Positions 15,553-28,650 of a DNA stretch of 64,000 nt are shown in pieces (within the stretch, counting starts at the first letter, position 1; the number at the start of each line of letters is the position of its first letter). The position numbers were made by a program, and so were the translations under genes. The notes under the pieces are model-generated. The model saw nothing but the letters and a program-made list of their open reading frames with translations. It was not told where the DNA came from and made no database searches. The stretch comes from Eledone cirrhosa (taxonomy: Eukaryota): contig OZ024755.1 in NCBI GenBank assembly GCA_964016885.1, positions 30,566,001 through 30,630,000 on the forward strand, read 5' to 3'.

Positions 15553-15745
15553 ATGACAAACACAGTGAAGGCGGCAGAGGAGTTGATGCAGGAGGTGGAG
15601 ACTGTGTCGATGAGTGTGGGGCTAAGAATTAATGAGATTAAGACGAAGTTTCTGGTAGAGAATATTAAGAAGCAAGAGAAGATTATTAATGTAGGCGGGA
15701 AGCCGCTAGAATTGGTTGAGGCCTTCCTGCATCTGGAAGCAAAGA
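15553..15745 (+). pseudogene. LINE (RTE-like) reverse transcriptase fragment
   Basis: AEELMQEVETVSMSVGLRINEIKTKFL..GKPLELVEAFLHL matches the GL.IN..KTK / LE.V..F.YLG motifs of non-LTR RTs. Confidence 0.75.
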
Positions 15746-15926
15746 TATATATATATATATATATATATATAGTAATAATAATAAATTTGAAGACTAAAAT
15801 CCAAAGAGGGCTCGATAAGGATAAATATATATCAAATATATAAGAACCATAGAGCAAATAGTTTCAGAAGATCCCGTTAAGGGTGAAAGCAGCGATTCTT
15901 TGCTTAAACTTTAATCTGTTATTTTA

Positions 15927-15995
<69 letters not shown>

Positions 15996-16035
15996 CAAAG
16001 TAGAGGTGTTGCATTAAGAAATTTATTTATCAATC

Positions 16036-16123
16036 CTGGTTACAATTGTTTCACAAGCAGTCGGCTCAAGATCCGGGTTAATGCGCCAAACTAGATTCCA
16101 AATCTGCCTGATCCTCAGACCAG
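16036..16123 (-). ncRNA. Type I hammerhead ribozyme, canonical core
   Basis: Minus strand reads CTGGT-CTGAGGA-T-CAGGCAG..(long loop)..CTGCTTG-T-GAAAC-AATT-GTA-ACCAG: 5-bp stem I, 7-bp stem II, palindromic stem III, GUA triplet, AATAAA downstream; TA tracts on both sides of the element. Confidence 0.85.
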
Positions 16124-16236
16124 TGCTATCACAACAAAATCCACCTCGGATCTGTGGACGAACCAGCCAGTTGCAAACAAGTATAGAGAATGTCCAATTC
16201 ACCAGACGCACGTACGCCATACAGGACAAGTAAACA

Positions 16237-16291
<55 letters not shown>

Positions 16292-16295
<4 letters not shown>

Positions 16296-16463
16296 AAAAA
16301 GTATGACCCCGACGGCAGAGCTTAAGCCGTTTCGACGGCTATTTGAGTCAGGAAATAGCCGTCGAAACGGGTTGAGCTCTGCCGTCGGGGTCATACTTTT
16401 TCCTATTTCCCACTCTACTACCCTAAGTATTGAGTACTCTGGTTCCTTACCACAATTCCTTTG

Positions 16464-16466
<3 letters not shown>
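16292..16466 (+). mobile_element. Family A fold-back element in (TA)n
   Basis: Arms TAGGAAAAAGTATGACCCCGACGGC..GCTATTT / AAATAGC..GGGGTCATACTTTTTCCTA, then shared tail. Confidence 0.78.
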
Positions 16467-16513
<47 letters not shown>

Positions 16514-16840
16514 AATATACCCACGCAAATACATACGAACACATACACATATATACAGAGAGAAAGAGTGTATGAGAGAGACAAGAAACAAGAGAGAGAT
16601 TTATATACAGAAGAGAAGTAAAATGTCTGACTAGATAATGTATTGTGACGGGCAATTCCAGTTCAACACAAGTGCAGACATTACATTATAATTTGCGGCA
16701 ATGTAGACCAGATGTAATTGAAAGGATAGTAATTAGACATTTTTTTTTCATTTCAATTATTTATTATAAATAAATATTGAGATATGAAGTGGAAAATTAC
16801 AAGTAGATACTCCTACAGAAATATATGTGTGGGTTGGTGC

Positions 16841-16871
<31 letters not shown>

Positions 16872-16922
16872 GTGAAAAATTGAAGAATAACATGGTCAGC
16901 TGTACAAAAAGGGTTTTATTTA

Positions 16923-17035
16923 CAGTATTAACAATTGTTTCATTGATTAGGTATGTCTAAAGGCCGCTAATCACTCGAAGTTGTCTCACTCGACCTTAAA
17001 TACAGTGTTTGCCTGATCAAATCATCGGAATACTG
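16923..17035 (-). ncRNA. Hammerhead ribozyme homologous to 55581-55691 (core variant CCGATGA)
   Basis: Minus strand CAGTATT-CCGATGA-T-TTGATCAGG..CCTAATCAA-T-GAAAC-AATT-GTT-AATACTG-taAATAAA; 7-bp stem I. Confidence 0.72.
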
Positions 17036-17363
17036 AATAAAATACACGCGGTGTTTGTATTTATAGATACAACGGAGAATCAAAACAACATCAATAATAA
17101 TAAAAAGAAAAAGAAAAAAATAATAATAAAGAAGTTAGAATGAAGATGATAAAAAATAAGTTAAAAAAATATATATACGTGAAAAAAATATGAACATAAT
17201 ACGATTGTTGGTGATGGTGGTTAAAGTTATAGTGGTGTGTAAGTATAAAGATGTGATGAGGGTATAAATACTATTAATATGAAAATAAATATTAAATATA
17301 TACATATGTAGTGGTTAAATTTCAGTGGTTAAATATTCAGTTGATTTAGGTTTATTTAAAACT

Positions 17364-17423
17364 CCGTTATATATATATTTCCCTGGGGACTATCAGTTAT
17401 GATAGTCTGAGCTCTTCAGGCAG
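17364..17423 (-). ncRNA. Decayed hammerhead of the 26206 type
   Basis: Minus strand CTGC-CTGAAGA-gctca-GACTATCA-taac-TGATAGTC-cccaggg-GAAA-TATATATATA-ACGG, then AATAAA; base of stem II and stem I imperfect. Confidence 0.55.
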
Positions 17424-17952
17424 CAAAACCTAAAGTAAACAGTGAAAGATCCTAAGAAACCCTTAAATTTGGAAAAATCCAATAATTTCCCCGAAAAAGA
17501 TTTTCTCTTCATGAACGCGTGGTGTTGTTTCTTCGATATAAACAAATGTATCTGGAATATCGAGTTTGAACTACGAGAGTATTGGAATTCATAGAGTAAT
17601 TAGAAGAACTCGGCGCAAAAAAGCTGTTAAAACAGCCAAATGCAATCAATGGTGGTGTCGGGTAAAGTTTACCTAAAAAAAATAACAATCAATGGCTAGA
17701 AGTGTGTAGGTCCGTAGAAGTGATAGGAAGAAATGAGAAAGGGATAAAATATTCGAGAGGGGATCTCACAAACATTAAATGTTCTCATCAGCTTTTAGAC
17801 AGCCTGTGCTTTCGACGATTTAATGTATGTGTCCCTGTGTGTGTCATGATTATATATATATGTGTGTGCGTATGTGTGTGAGTCCTGGGTTCAATGGGGG
17901 TAACCACAGTAAGGTACTCAATACATTAGTAGAGTGTAAACATGAATGTAAA

Positions 17953-18065
17953 ATAGAAATGGCTTCTACAGGACTAGAACTGTTTCATTAAAAGGAAATC
18001 ATCACGAAAGCTCAGATGATTTCCTTCGAATGAAACAGTTTTAGTCCTATAGAAGCCACTTCTAT
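17953..18065. repeat. Fold-back element with a decayed HHR core in each arm
   Basis: Plus arm CAGATGA-T-TTC-cttc-GAA-T-GAAAC-A-GTT; minus arm GTGATGA..T-GAAAC-A-GTT; fragment of the same family at 5063-5089. Confidence 0.65.
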
Positions 18066-18071
18066 ATTAAA

Positions 18072-18074
<3 letters not shown>

Positions 18075-18129
<55 letters not shown>

Positions 18130-18202
18130 ATTAATATATATATATGTATATATATATATATGTATATGTGTGTGTGTGTGCGTGTGTATTAATATATATA
18201 TA

Positions 18203-18285
<83 letters not shown>

Positions 18286-18326
18286 TAATATATATATATG
18301 TATATATATATATATATGTGTGTGTG

Positions 18327-18357
<31 letters not shown>

Positions 18358-18396
18358 GTATATGTGTGTGTGTGCGTGTGTATTAATATATATATA

Positions 18397-18457
<61 letters not shown>

Positions 18458-18459
18458 TA

Positions 18460-18492
<33 letters not shown>

Positions 18493-18512
18493 TGTGTGTG
18501 TGTGTATGTGTG
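18075..18512. repeat. Compound (TA)n/(TG)n array
   Basis: Recurrent unit GTATTAATATATATATATGTATATGTGTG. Confidence 0.9.
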
Positions 18513-19344
18513 CATTACGTGTGGATGTCGATAACCATGTCATTGTATAGTAGTGTAGATAACAACGAATAACAATAATTTCTGGAGTATTATTCCACCT
18601 TTATCCCTTCCGCTTCCAAACCTGATGCAAGATCTTTGACGAGCTGTCCAAAATTGAAACTATTTCTAAGTTATATATATATGCTTTCTGACACAACATC
18701 ATATTCACCAAAAGCCAAATTCTTCTCAATAATATTTCGGAATATTCTTATTGCGATAGTATTGAATAACCGGTAAGGTCACAAGAAGAAGCTAAAGATA
18801 CGAAATTATTCTTATCTTGCTTATTCGCCCTGACATTCCCCACAAAATCCTGAATTCAATTATTATTATCTTAATACCGTCCTTGAGTAATTCTTTTCTT
18901 CTTGAAACAGGAATTTGTTAGAATTTTAGTGAATATACGTAAACATAGTCTCAGGCTTTAAATGAATGTTTGGGATTGATATAAATATTCATGATTAACA
19001 AAACCACACGACCCAGGAAGATTATTCAGGTTTGATAAAATGTTTACGACTATAACACTATTCAGATTTTACAATGTTTACAAAAATCCTTAAGAAAAAC
19101 ATTTGTTGAAAGGTTTAACAAGCATTTGTGCGAATGTTGTAACACGCTTTACAGGACTGTAAATAGTAATTTATCAAAATATTTACAGAAACGATTGTGT
19201 ATCCTATAGTTGTTCTAATTAGAAATGCAACTATATTATATTCCTTAGCTGCCAGATGAGGTTTTAGCATTTCTTCCACTCCACTACCATGGCGAAAAAA
19301 ATAGTTTCAAAATCTGATATCTCTTTTCTTGCTATATTCTATAA

Positions 19345-19552
19345 TCTTCTACTTCTTCTACTTCTTCTTCTTCTTCTTCTTCGGCCACTTATTCATGAGA
19401 GGGTTGTGGGGGCAGAGTTCTCAAACACTCCTTCCAGTGGGTCCTGTCAGAAGCAACCGTCTCCAATTGATCCAGCTGGATCCCCAAGCGTGACCAACCA
19501 AGCTCATGGATGTTATCCAACCATCTTGTTCGATCGAGGTCTACCCCTCGTA
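19345..19552 (-). mobile_element. RTE-clade LINE 3' end with (GAA)n tail
   Basis: RTRWLDNI..ASDRTHWK C-terminal motif, stop, short UTR, (GAA)n. Confidence 0.7.
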
Positions 19553-20849
19553 TAGTATAGAACAATGTTGAATATAGCACAATGTTGAGAGCATTTCAAA
19601 CAAGACGGTGAACTGATTTTTCTTCCTCTTCTTCGGCCACTTATTCCACTTATTTACACAAATATACATTCATACAAACACACATACACACACATATTGT
19701 GTGACGGACGGACGGGCGGATGGACGGACGTAAATTGCTCAAATTTATATATAGAATAATGGGTATACTAATCTCTACTAACAAACTGATATGAATATAT
19801 CTAGTACGTTAAGAAAAAGTCTGACGTTTTCGCCAGTAAAGTTTTTATAATTGGTCGCTCACAAAATATTCTCAAGTTCCATCTTCAAAACCCTATGGTA
19901 TATTTGTATAATGTATTTCCAGTGTAAATACTTTCGATACAACCTTCATTCTTGATCATATGTTTGCTGTATCAAGATTGATTTAGGGATAAATCACAGC
20001 AGTAATAACAAGGACAACAGCCAAACTAACAACTATATTAAGACAAAATATGAAAAATGATCTACGTGTATTATATATAGTTTCATATATAAAATATGAT
20101 AGGGTAGAATTTTATCAAATTTGCTAGTATATAAATCATCAACCACGAAAGTATTGTAACCTTACTGCAGGGTATTAGCGATTGTTAATCATTAACGCAA
20201 CATTAACTTGCTCAAAACGTATAAATATATAACTAAAACCTATCAATACAAGATGTATATATAATTTACGACCACACTTTCTTCAGACTGCTGCAACTAA
20301 ATGTGCAATCACTAGGATATACGAAGAGGAATTAAGAAAAATACTGTAAATCTAACATTAATCTAAATTCATTGGTTGTCTCGTTTGATCCAACGTAGCA
20401 TAAACACACACATAAATATATACCCATAAACTGACTGATACAGTGTTGTATATTATGTACGAAACTTAGAGAAAAATCAATACCATAGTCCATTCTCACG
20501 CTCTATATAGAAATGATTGCTATTTTCACGTAATAAATTCTGGAAAATAAAGTCTAATCCTTGCTAATTGTGACGCTCATTGTCACAGTGATATTAAAAC
20601 TTTCTGGCTCTCTCCTAGCATACGTCATTTTAAAGTATAAATATAATTAGGCATGGCCTAAATGTATTTGGTAAGGGCTGGCGTGGGCCTAAACAACTAG
20701 AGCTACGAGCTAAAACATACAAAATTATAGCAAAATTAAAACAACATACTCTTCGTATTCATCCCGTTTTCTATACTTCAGCCACCAAACTGACTAGTAA
20801 TCCAATATAAACAAAAACAGCAACATTGACAACATTATTAACCTCATTA

Positions 20850-21372
20850 GGGTCGGACGCCATGCTTTGAACTCAAATCTGGCAAGGTTAACTTTGCCTT
20901 TCATCCTTACGGGTTCGATAAAATAAAGTACCAGTAATCCACTGGGTAATTGTTGGCCTTGTGCCTAAAGTAGAAACAATTATTAATTGGCAGTATCGGT
21001 AGAGGGTTGGACGCCATGCTTTGCAGCAAAGAGTTACGGCCCTTTATGATCTGAGCTCAAATCCCGCCGAGGTTGACTTTGCCTTTCATCCTGACGGGGT
21101 CGATAAAATAAAGTACCAGTAATGTACTGGGTAATTGCGGGCTATGTGCCAAAAGTAAAAACAATTATTAACAACTGCCACGGTGGATTGTCAATATCGG
21201 TAGAGGGTCGAACGTCATGCTTTGCAGCATAGAGTTATGGCCCTTTGCGGTCTGAGTTCAAATCCCGCCGAGGCTAGCTTTGCCTTTCATCCTTACGGGA
21301 TCGATAAAATAAAGTACCAGTAATACACTGGGATAATTGCTGCCCTTGTACCAAAAGTAGAAACAATTATTA
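20850..21372 (+). mobile_element. SINE family 1, three tandem copies
   Basis: Three head-core-tail units. Confidence 0.88.
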
Positions 21373-21527
21373 ACAACTGCCACCGCGACAGCTTTTGCTT
21401 GGTTGCTCAAATTCCTAGAAATAGCAGCCAAATCTCCCTCAGATTGCAGTTACTGTCATGAAAAGAGCTCGGGATATATTGGTACATTAAGAAGCGTAAT
21501 TGCTGAAATATGTACACAGATCCTCGT

Positions 21528-22092
21528 GGCAGTGGAGACTTCTGGTGTCCTTGGCTTTAGGGTCACATCCCTGCTCACCACCATCGGCACAGAGTTGGCT
21601 ACTTCACTAGCTGGAATGGTTTTTCCAGTGTGTGTCCTTCACCATCCTCCGGGGAAACGCCTTCTCCATTCTGTCCGCCGGGGTCGCTGGGTGGCCAGCG
21701 TGTGGGCCTCCATTTGCTCACAATAATGAGAGATGGGGAGAGCGGGAGAGACGAAGGCAGTGACAGTGGGCGTGTGGGCCGCCATTTGCTCACAATAATG
21801 AGAGATGGGGAGAGCGGGAGAGACGAAGGCAGTGACAGTAGGCGTGTGGGCCTCCATTTGCTCACAATAATGAGAGATGGGGAGAGCGGGAGAGACGAAG
21901 GCAGTGACAGTGGGCGTCTGGGCCCCCTTTTGCTCACAATAATGAGAGATGGTGAGAGCGGGAGAGACGAAGGCAGTAACAGTGGGCGTGTTGGCCCCCT
22001 TTTGCTCACAATAATGAGAGATGGGGAGAGCGGGAGAGACGAAGGCAGTGACAGTGGGAGATTGGTTCCTTTGTGCTAGGATCTCGTGTATA
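21528..22092. repeat. Unclassified GC-rich interspersed repeat with an internal 72-bp minisatellite (5 units, 21698-22058)
   Basis: CTCACAATAATG recurs at 21717, 21789, 21861, 21933, 22005; homologues at 6815-6970, 24870-24920, 48030-48305, 58665-58985, 59690-59830. Confidence 0.8.
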
Positions 22093-22269
22093 TTAGATAA
22101 TGGCTTTCCTTTCTATATTATCACATCTGTAATTCTTTGTTTTAGATTTGCTCAGTCACGGCTGGTCTGGTGCAGGTCAACAACAACAACAGCAGCAGCA
22201 AGTATCACAAATAGCAATGATAACAATACCAAACACATTTTTGTTATATCATAAGAACTATCATCAGTT

Positions 22270-22490
22270 CGACTACCACCACTATCACCACCACCTCCAC
22301 CACCATCATCACTAACACCACCACTACGATCACCACCATCACCACCTCCACTACCACCACCACCACCACCACCGTCACTGGCAACACCATCACCACCACG
22401 ACCACCCTCATCATCACCACCACTACCGCCACTGCAACCACCACCACCACCATCTTCGCCAGCAGCACCATCATCATCACCGTCATCAGT
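22270..22490. repeat. Degenerate (ACC/ATC)n trinucleotide repeat
   Basis: Direct reading. Confidence 0.9.
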
Positions 22491-23282
22491 ATCGATGAAC
22501 CCTCATGAGGTTGATCGACTTACTATGATTGGCAGCCAAATCCCCCATAAATCACATCCTACCGTCTTACAAGAAGACTACATCGAACAACGTGATCCTA
22601 AACACAGAGTATTTGAGAGACAAAAATACAAGAAGAATCAGGTTACTGCTGAAATGTCTTTTGATCATAAATGTGTTTGATGAGAACTGATTTGAAACTA
22701 AAAAAAACAACAACAATTTAAATAGCAAAGGAGATTAAAACCATTCATCTTGTATTTCAGTGAATAACAGCAACATATACAAAAGATGTGTTCTGTTTCA
22801 TAGACTAACAAGCAACTGCCTTTTGAATTCCTATGTGTAATTCTTTATCAAAGATAAATACACTCCTACATACTCATGTTTCGAAAGATATCATTAGATT
22901 CTATCAAACGGAATTCAAATAACCCAATTCGATCTGCCCTTTCTTCTTATGCAAATATCATTCTTCATAGAAGCATACGGTCATGTCACATGGCTTAGGC
23001 TTGTGATAGTAAATATTTCGTATCATCCAAGTGGAATTGGCTCAAAGGTTATCAAAATATAATACAATATCTTTAAATACCACGTTTACTAACACCATCG
23101 TTCCTCGACAAATATTAATGTACTTCGTGTAGTTATACGGCAAAGTTAACCACAGAAAGATATACCATGTTATTTCATTTGATTCTTTATGTATTTTTAT
23201 GATATCTTGAATTTTGTGGATGATATAGCCTTCCAACGGGTCAATTACTAGTTTCCTCTATTTTCAATATTGAGAATAACAA

Positions 23283-23685
23283 GGGTGGTGGATTAGCAGT
23301 ATCGGTAGAGCGCCGGACGATATGTTTTATTGCATAGGGTTACGCCCCTTTACGATCTGAGTTCAAATCCTGCCGAGGTTAGCTTTGCCTTCCATCCTCA
23401 CGGGGTCGATTAAATAAACTACCAGTAATGCACTGGAGTCGATTCAATCGATTTTTCCCTCGCAAGAATTGTTGGCCATATGGATAAATCAGTAACCAAT
23501 ATTGTACAGGCACAAGGCCAGCAATTATTCCAGTGCATTACTGGTACTTTATTTTATCGACCCCCGTAAGGATGAAAGGCAAAGTTAACCTCGGCGGGAT
23601 TTGAAATCAGATCGTAAAGGGACGTAACTCGATGCTGCAAAGCATGGCGTCCGATCCTCTACCGATACTGCCAATCCACCGCCTT
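23283..23685. mobile_element. SINE family 1 tail-to-tail pair
   Basis: Plus copy 23283-23500, minus copy 23510-23685. Confidence 0.85.
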
Positions 23686-25622
23686 GGCGGAATATTAACG
23701 GAAGGTACTCTGGTTAGAAAGCAGTGATTTACTCGTTTTCTTAACGGTTGTTTGAAAATACAAGGATTTTTATCAACACGCTGACGCGTATGTGTATATA
23801 TGTGTGCGTGTGTGTATGGGCATATACATACATTTATATGTATGAGTATATAAATATAAACGCGCAAACACAGACACACTTACAAAAATACACATTCACA
23901 GACATACGTTCACACAAATACACATACATCCACATAAACATTCACACAAATACACAGAGACACACAAATTTATACAAACACACAGAGTGTAGCAAATGGA
24001 ACGCCACCCGCTGTTTTGCTATAGTTTTTTTTTTTTCACCATCCTCCTTCCTTCCTTTTACACATACATACATTTACACAAATACACACACATTGTGTGA
24101 CGGACGGAAGTCTCTCAAATTTAAATATAAATTACACATTCACGCTCTAATATAAATTTATCAATATTTCATAACTCATCTTTCTACTAATTATATCCAT
24201 TTGTTGTTAAAACAAAATGTTTATTTTGTTTTCATGGGTATGTTCTGCTCACAGTTACCGGTGAAAGTGGGACATTTGATTTATATACACTTTTATTGGT
24301 TTCATTCATTGAACGGAGACTACTAAGGCACCCCCTTCAAGCGTTTAAGGAAAGCACATCGACCCCCTGCAATCATTTCCATACGGAAAATAAGTGGACA
24401 CAACATAAACACCGACCCACATACCTATATAATGTATGCATACAACAGGCTTCTACACAGTTTACATCTACCAAATTCCATTCACACGAAATTGCTTGTC
24501 CCTAAGCTATTATTGGAGACATTTAACCAACCACTTGATGACGAAACGTAATTCAACTAGGCTTGCACTTTCTTAGTTATAAATTACGTTAGTTTTTCTT
24601 TATAAATGGAACGAAATTGAATTTTGTTTGACGTCTCCAGGAATAGGAACTATTGCCAAATACATCAATTTTCGAATACCTAGAAGCTACTTCTCTCTAA
24701 ATACCAGTGTTTCTCCTATACATTACTTCATGGAAATGTATTTCTGATCTTACACACATTTCTTTCTTCTATTTATATTGAAGAAATTCAAATATTATAG
24801 AGATTTCATCAGTTGCATTTAATGTTATTTGTACTAAATTTCTAATAACCAAATTTCTATTGCAATTTAAGGTTCGGCTCTTCTGCGTTCAGACCTGGTG
24901 TACGTGTGTGTATATGCTTACTTCTATTCATTCGATCTGACAGTCAGATGTTCTCCTTTATACCAGCTTACTGCTTGCTGGAGAGAAATTCCTTGCCATA
25001 TGTGTTTTTTTTGGGGGGGGGAGGTTCTTAACGTCCCAGTAAACCCTTGTTTTAGTTACTCATGAGAATTTCATAAGATATATTTAACTAAGTCTGGGAC
25101 AATATCACCATCACACTACATCATCTACATCACCACCAAACCATACTACATTTAAGTTTTATCAATGAATATGTAAAAAAAACACAGCTCTCTTTTCAAT
25201 TCACAATATTCTGAAAATGTCTATCAATTGTTAAGAGGATAATATATTTATATCTTATATATACATATCTAACCCTGCAACTTCAGATCATTTAATACCA
25301 TTCAAACAGTAGAATCATAACTATTTAATTATATCTTAATTTCAAATCCAAATGGTGTTGACTTTCTGTTCTAGAATTCTAGGGTGGGTGAGATAATACA
25401 ACAACAGCGAAATTTCGGAGTTGATATGATCTGATATACTAAATTGCAATGTCCAGTCTCCATTGTAAAATGTATTCTCATTCGTTCACTGCCCAGTATC
25501 CTCATCATTATATTGTACACACAAACACACACAGCAGAGAAGAAATAGAAAAAGGAGGGAAAGATTCCCGCAAATAAAAGGAGCTTAGTTATCGAGAAAA
25601 TAGCGTGTCGGGTTATAGTATA

Positions 25623-25669
<47 letters not shown>

Positions 25670-25836
25670 GGGGTAACAAATAATAATTAAATGCAGTCCA
25701 CTTAGGTATAGTCCAGTTATGGTATTCCAGGTAGTGGATGATATCAACGCTTGGCTTGGTTTGACACAACAAGGCGTTTTCATAGTGATGCTGCGGGTAT
25801 GCTGTAATTCCTATGTTGTAAACACTTGGAGTAATA

Positions 25837-26029
25837 ATAAATCAGGAAAGAAGGTTGACATGGTTTGCTATACAAAAAAGGTTTTTAATCTCATAGCTTT
25901 GTGGGACGGAGAAGCAGGAGGCATTGAGTTTGGACCCAAACTCAATGCCTCCTGTTTCTCCGTCCCACAAAGCTATGAGATTAAAAACCTTTTTTGTATA
26001 GCAAACCATGTCAACCTTCTTTCCTGATT

Positions 26030-26032
<3 letters not shown>
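25837..26032. repeat. Near-perfect palindrome with about 97-bp arms abutting (TA)n
   Basis: Centre TTGG-ac-CCAA at 25934-25935; one mismatch seen between arms. Confidence 0.9.
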
Positions 26033-26061
<29 letters not shown>

Positions 26062-26205
26062 ATGAAGAGTAACTCACAACCTCTAACTGGATTACCTATA
26101 ACTATAACGTGTTGCCCCATATATATAGGAACTGGGCATATCAGAGTATTGACAAAATTATACACCTCAACAACATATGTACTTGTCTATACAACACTAA
26201 TTCGG

Positions 26206-26262
26206 ACTGCCTGAAGAGGTCACAGCCAAAGATGGCTGTCACCGAAATATATATATAGCAGT
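26206..26262 (+). ncRNA. Type I hammerhead ribozyme, canonical core
   Basis: ACTGC-CTGAAGA-GGTCACAGCC-aaagat-GGCTGTCACC-GAAA-TATATATA-TA-GCAGT then AATAAA (26263). Stem I ACTGC/GCAGT; stem II 9/10 paired; stem III made of TA repeats. Confidence 0.85.
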
Positions 26263-26319
26263 AATAAACGAAGCTAAATTTTAAACATTTGACTTATTTA
26301 TTTTACTTTATTTTATTTT

Positions 26320-26373
<54 letters not shown>

Positions 26374-26601
26374 TTATTGAAATAACAGATTAAAGTTTAA
26401 GCAAAGAATCGCTGCTTTCACCCTTAACGGGATCTTCTGAAACTAAAAAAAATCAATCTGTGAACGCAGAAGTAAATATTTCGAAAAACGTTGCAACCGA
26501 AGGAAAACAGGAAGACGATACTTTGGTCCGTGAAGACGTTCCCTGGCAATGAACGGGAAGATAATACGAAGATAATACGTCGTTATGTGGATGTCGTTAA
26601 G

Positions 26602-26790
26602 GGCGGTCGTTTGGCAGTATCGGTAGAGGATCGGACGCCATGCTTTCCAGCATAGTTACGTCCCTTTACGATCTGAGTTCAAATCCCGCCGAGGTTGACT
26701 TTGCCTTTCATCCTTACGGGGTCGATAAAATAAAGTACCAGTAAAGCACTGGGTAATTGCTTGCCTTGTGCCAAAAGTAGAAACAGTTAT
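26602..26790 (+). mobile_element. SINE family 1
   Basis: Full head-core-tail. Confidence 0.88.
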
Positions 26791-26797
26791 GTGGATG

Positions 26798-26829
<32 letters not shown>

Positions 26830-26831
<2 letters not shown>

Positions 26832-27030
26832 GGAAATGAGTCAGGACCCCGACGGCTGAGCTCCGGCCGTTTCGACAGCTAGATCTGAACTGTTCGGATC
26901 TAGTTGTCGAAACGGCCGGAGCTCAGCCGTCAGGGTCCTAACTCTTTTCCTATTACCCACTCTACTACCCTAAGTATTGAGTACTCTGGTGCGTTATGGT
27001 CCACCTGGTATCCTCCCACACCCTCTTTGT

Positions 27031-27032
<2 letters not shown>
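26830..27032 (+). mobile_element. Family A fold-back element (CAGCTAGATC subfamily)
   Basis: Hairpin centred on CAGCTAGATC-tgaactgttcg-GATCTAGTTG; same tail; TA flanks. Confidence 0.78.
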
Positions 27033-27101
<69 letters not shown>

Positions 27102-28297
27102 TATCAGTATATGCGCACAGAAAAAGGTTACATAAAACGAATAAACAACTATATCTCTACCTCGTTAGCCACTTTTCTGGTGTACAATTTCGAGCACTAA
27201 TGTAGTATTGTATTTGCAATGCCAGATTACGCAAGAGAGTGGAGAATTGCTTTGTTGTTGAAATGGATTCGTGATGATAACAAAACAAGAAAATTCACGG
27301 CAAAACCGAACATAAATAGATAAAATTAGTGCAACTAGATATAAATAAAGAAGAGACATGTAAAATGTGCAACAAACCAATGCCGAAAGAAGGAAGAAAT
27401 TCTGATTTTCATCAACGATATGTGGTGAAGTGATTTAGTTTAACAAAATAAAATGAGGGAACCTACCGAATTGTGTGTGCGTGCGTGCATTTACCATTTA
27501 ACATGTTAAATGCTCATAAATCTACATTTTTTATCCGGAGCCAGCATTTGGTTTCTTTTCTGTCTTTGAAACACACTTTCCTGATAGAGATTCTGAAACT
27601 TTTATACAACATTATTCTTTCTGTTGTGTTACCTTTTGACACATTATTGAATTTTTCTCTGATGTTTCTCAAGATAGTTCGGTAAATTTGATTGTGGCGC
27701 CAATCAGATCATTTACTTAAGTGTTCTATGACAGTTTGTCAATATATATATAACACTTCTATCTGCAAATGCGAACATTCATTTCTTCGTCCACAAGTGT
27801 TGATGTAATTTCATTCAGTAATATCTTTTGTCTATGAAAACCCGCTCATTTTTGCTCTTTGTCTCGATCTTTATAAAGAACTTCGCAGCATCTGCGGTAA
27901 AAAAGGGCCCCAGAACGCATTTCGAACTTTCTTGAAGAAGTTTCATCTCCGATGTACCATTAAAGTTTTAAGGGAGAGTTTTAAAATTCACATAAACTAC
28001 ATGAGCTGCTGAACCCAAACCAAAATAGAAACAATTTATTCATGGAGAAAAGATGAGAATCGTATATTATGAAGTGAATTATTATAAAACTGAGACGATA
28101 AACTTTCTCTTACCCAATATACTGCATTTTCTAGAAAATTCTGAGGTTTGGTACGAGTGAAAAGAACAAAATAGCTACTTCAAGGAAATTTCAATCCATT
28201 ATCTAAATCTTAATTCATGATCATTAAACCAGTGCATCATCATACAACATATAAAATATTTTACATATGTGAATATATATATATATATATATATATA

Positions 28298-28493
28298 TGA
28301 ACCAGTAAGACCCCGACAGCTGAGCTCAAGCCGTTTCGACGGCTAATTCTGGACTCAGTCCAGAATTAGCCGTCGAAACGGCTTGAGCTCAGCTGTCGGG
28401 GTCTTACTGGTTCCTATTACCCACTCTACTACCTCAAGTATTGAGTACTTTGGTGCGTTATGGTCCACCTGGTTCCTTACCACATTTCCTTCG

Positions 28494-28496
<3 letters not shown>
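28298..28496 (+). mobile_element. Family A fold-back element in (TA)n
   Basis: Near-perfect hairpin centred on CTGGAC-tca-GTCCAG; same tail. Confidence 0.78.
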
Positions 28497-28551
<55 letters not shown>

Positions 28552-28650
28552 ATATATATGCAAAGGTTATATTTAATTTGTTGGAATTCAACAAACTTAA
28601 AATTTTTATAACCGATGTAAAGCACTCAACAATGTAGTGGAGTAAATATT

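Noticed and set aside
17760-17792. Minus-strand CTGATGA-GAACAT-tta-ATGTTT
   Set aside because: Followed by GTGA instead of GAAA, with no stem I or III; too degenerate to call.
21698-22058. CRISPR-like periodicity or 24-aa repeat protein
   Set aside because: Units are contiguous with no unique spacers, no cas genes, eukaryotic context; it is a minisatellite in a dispersed repeat.
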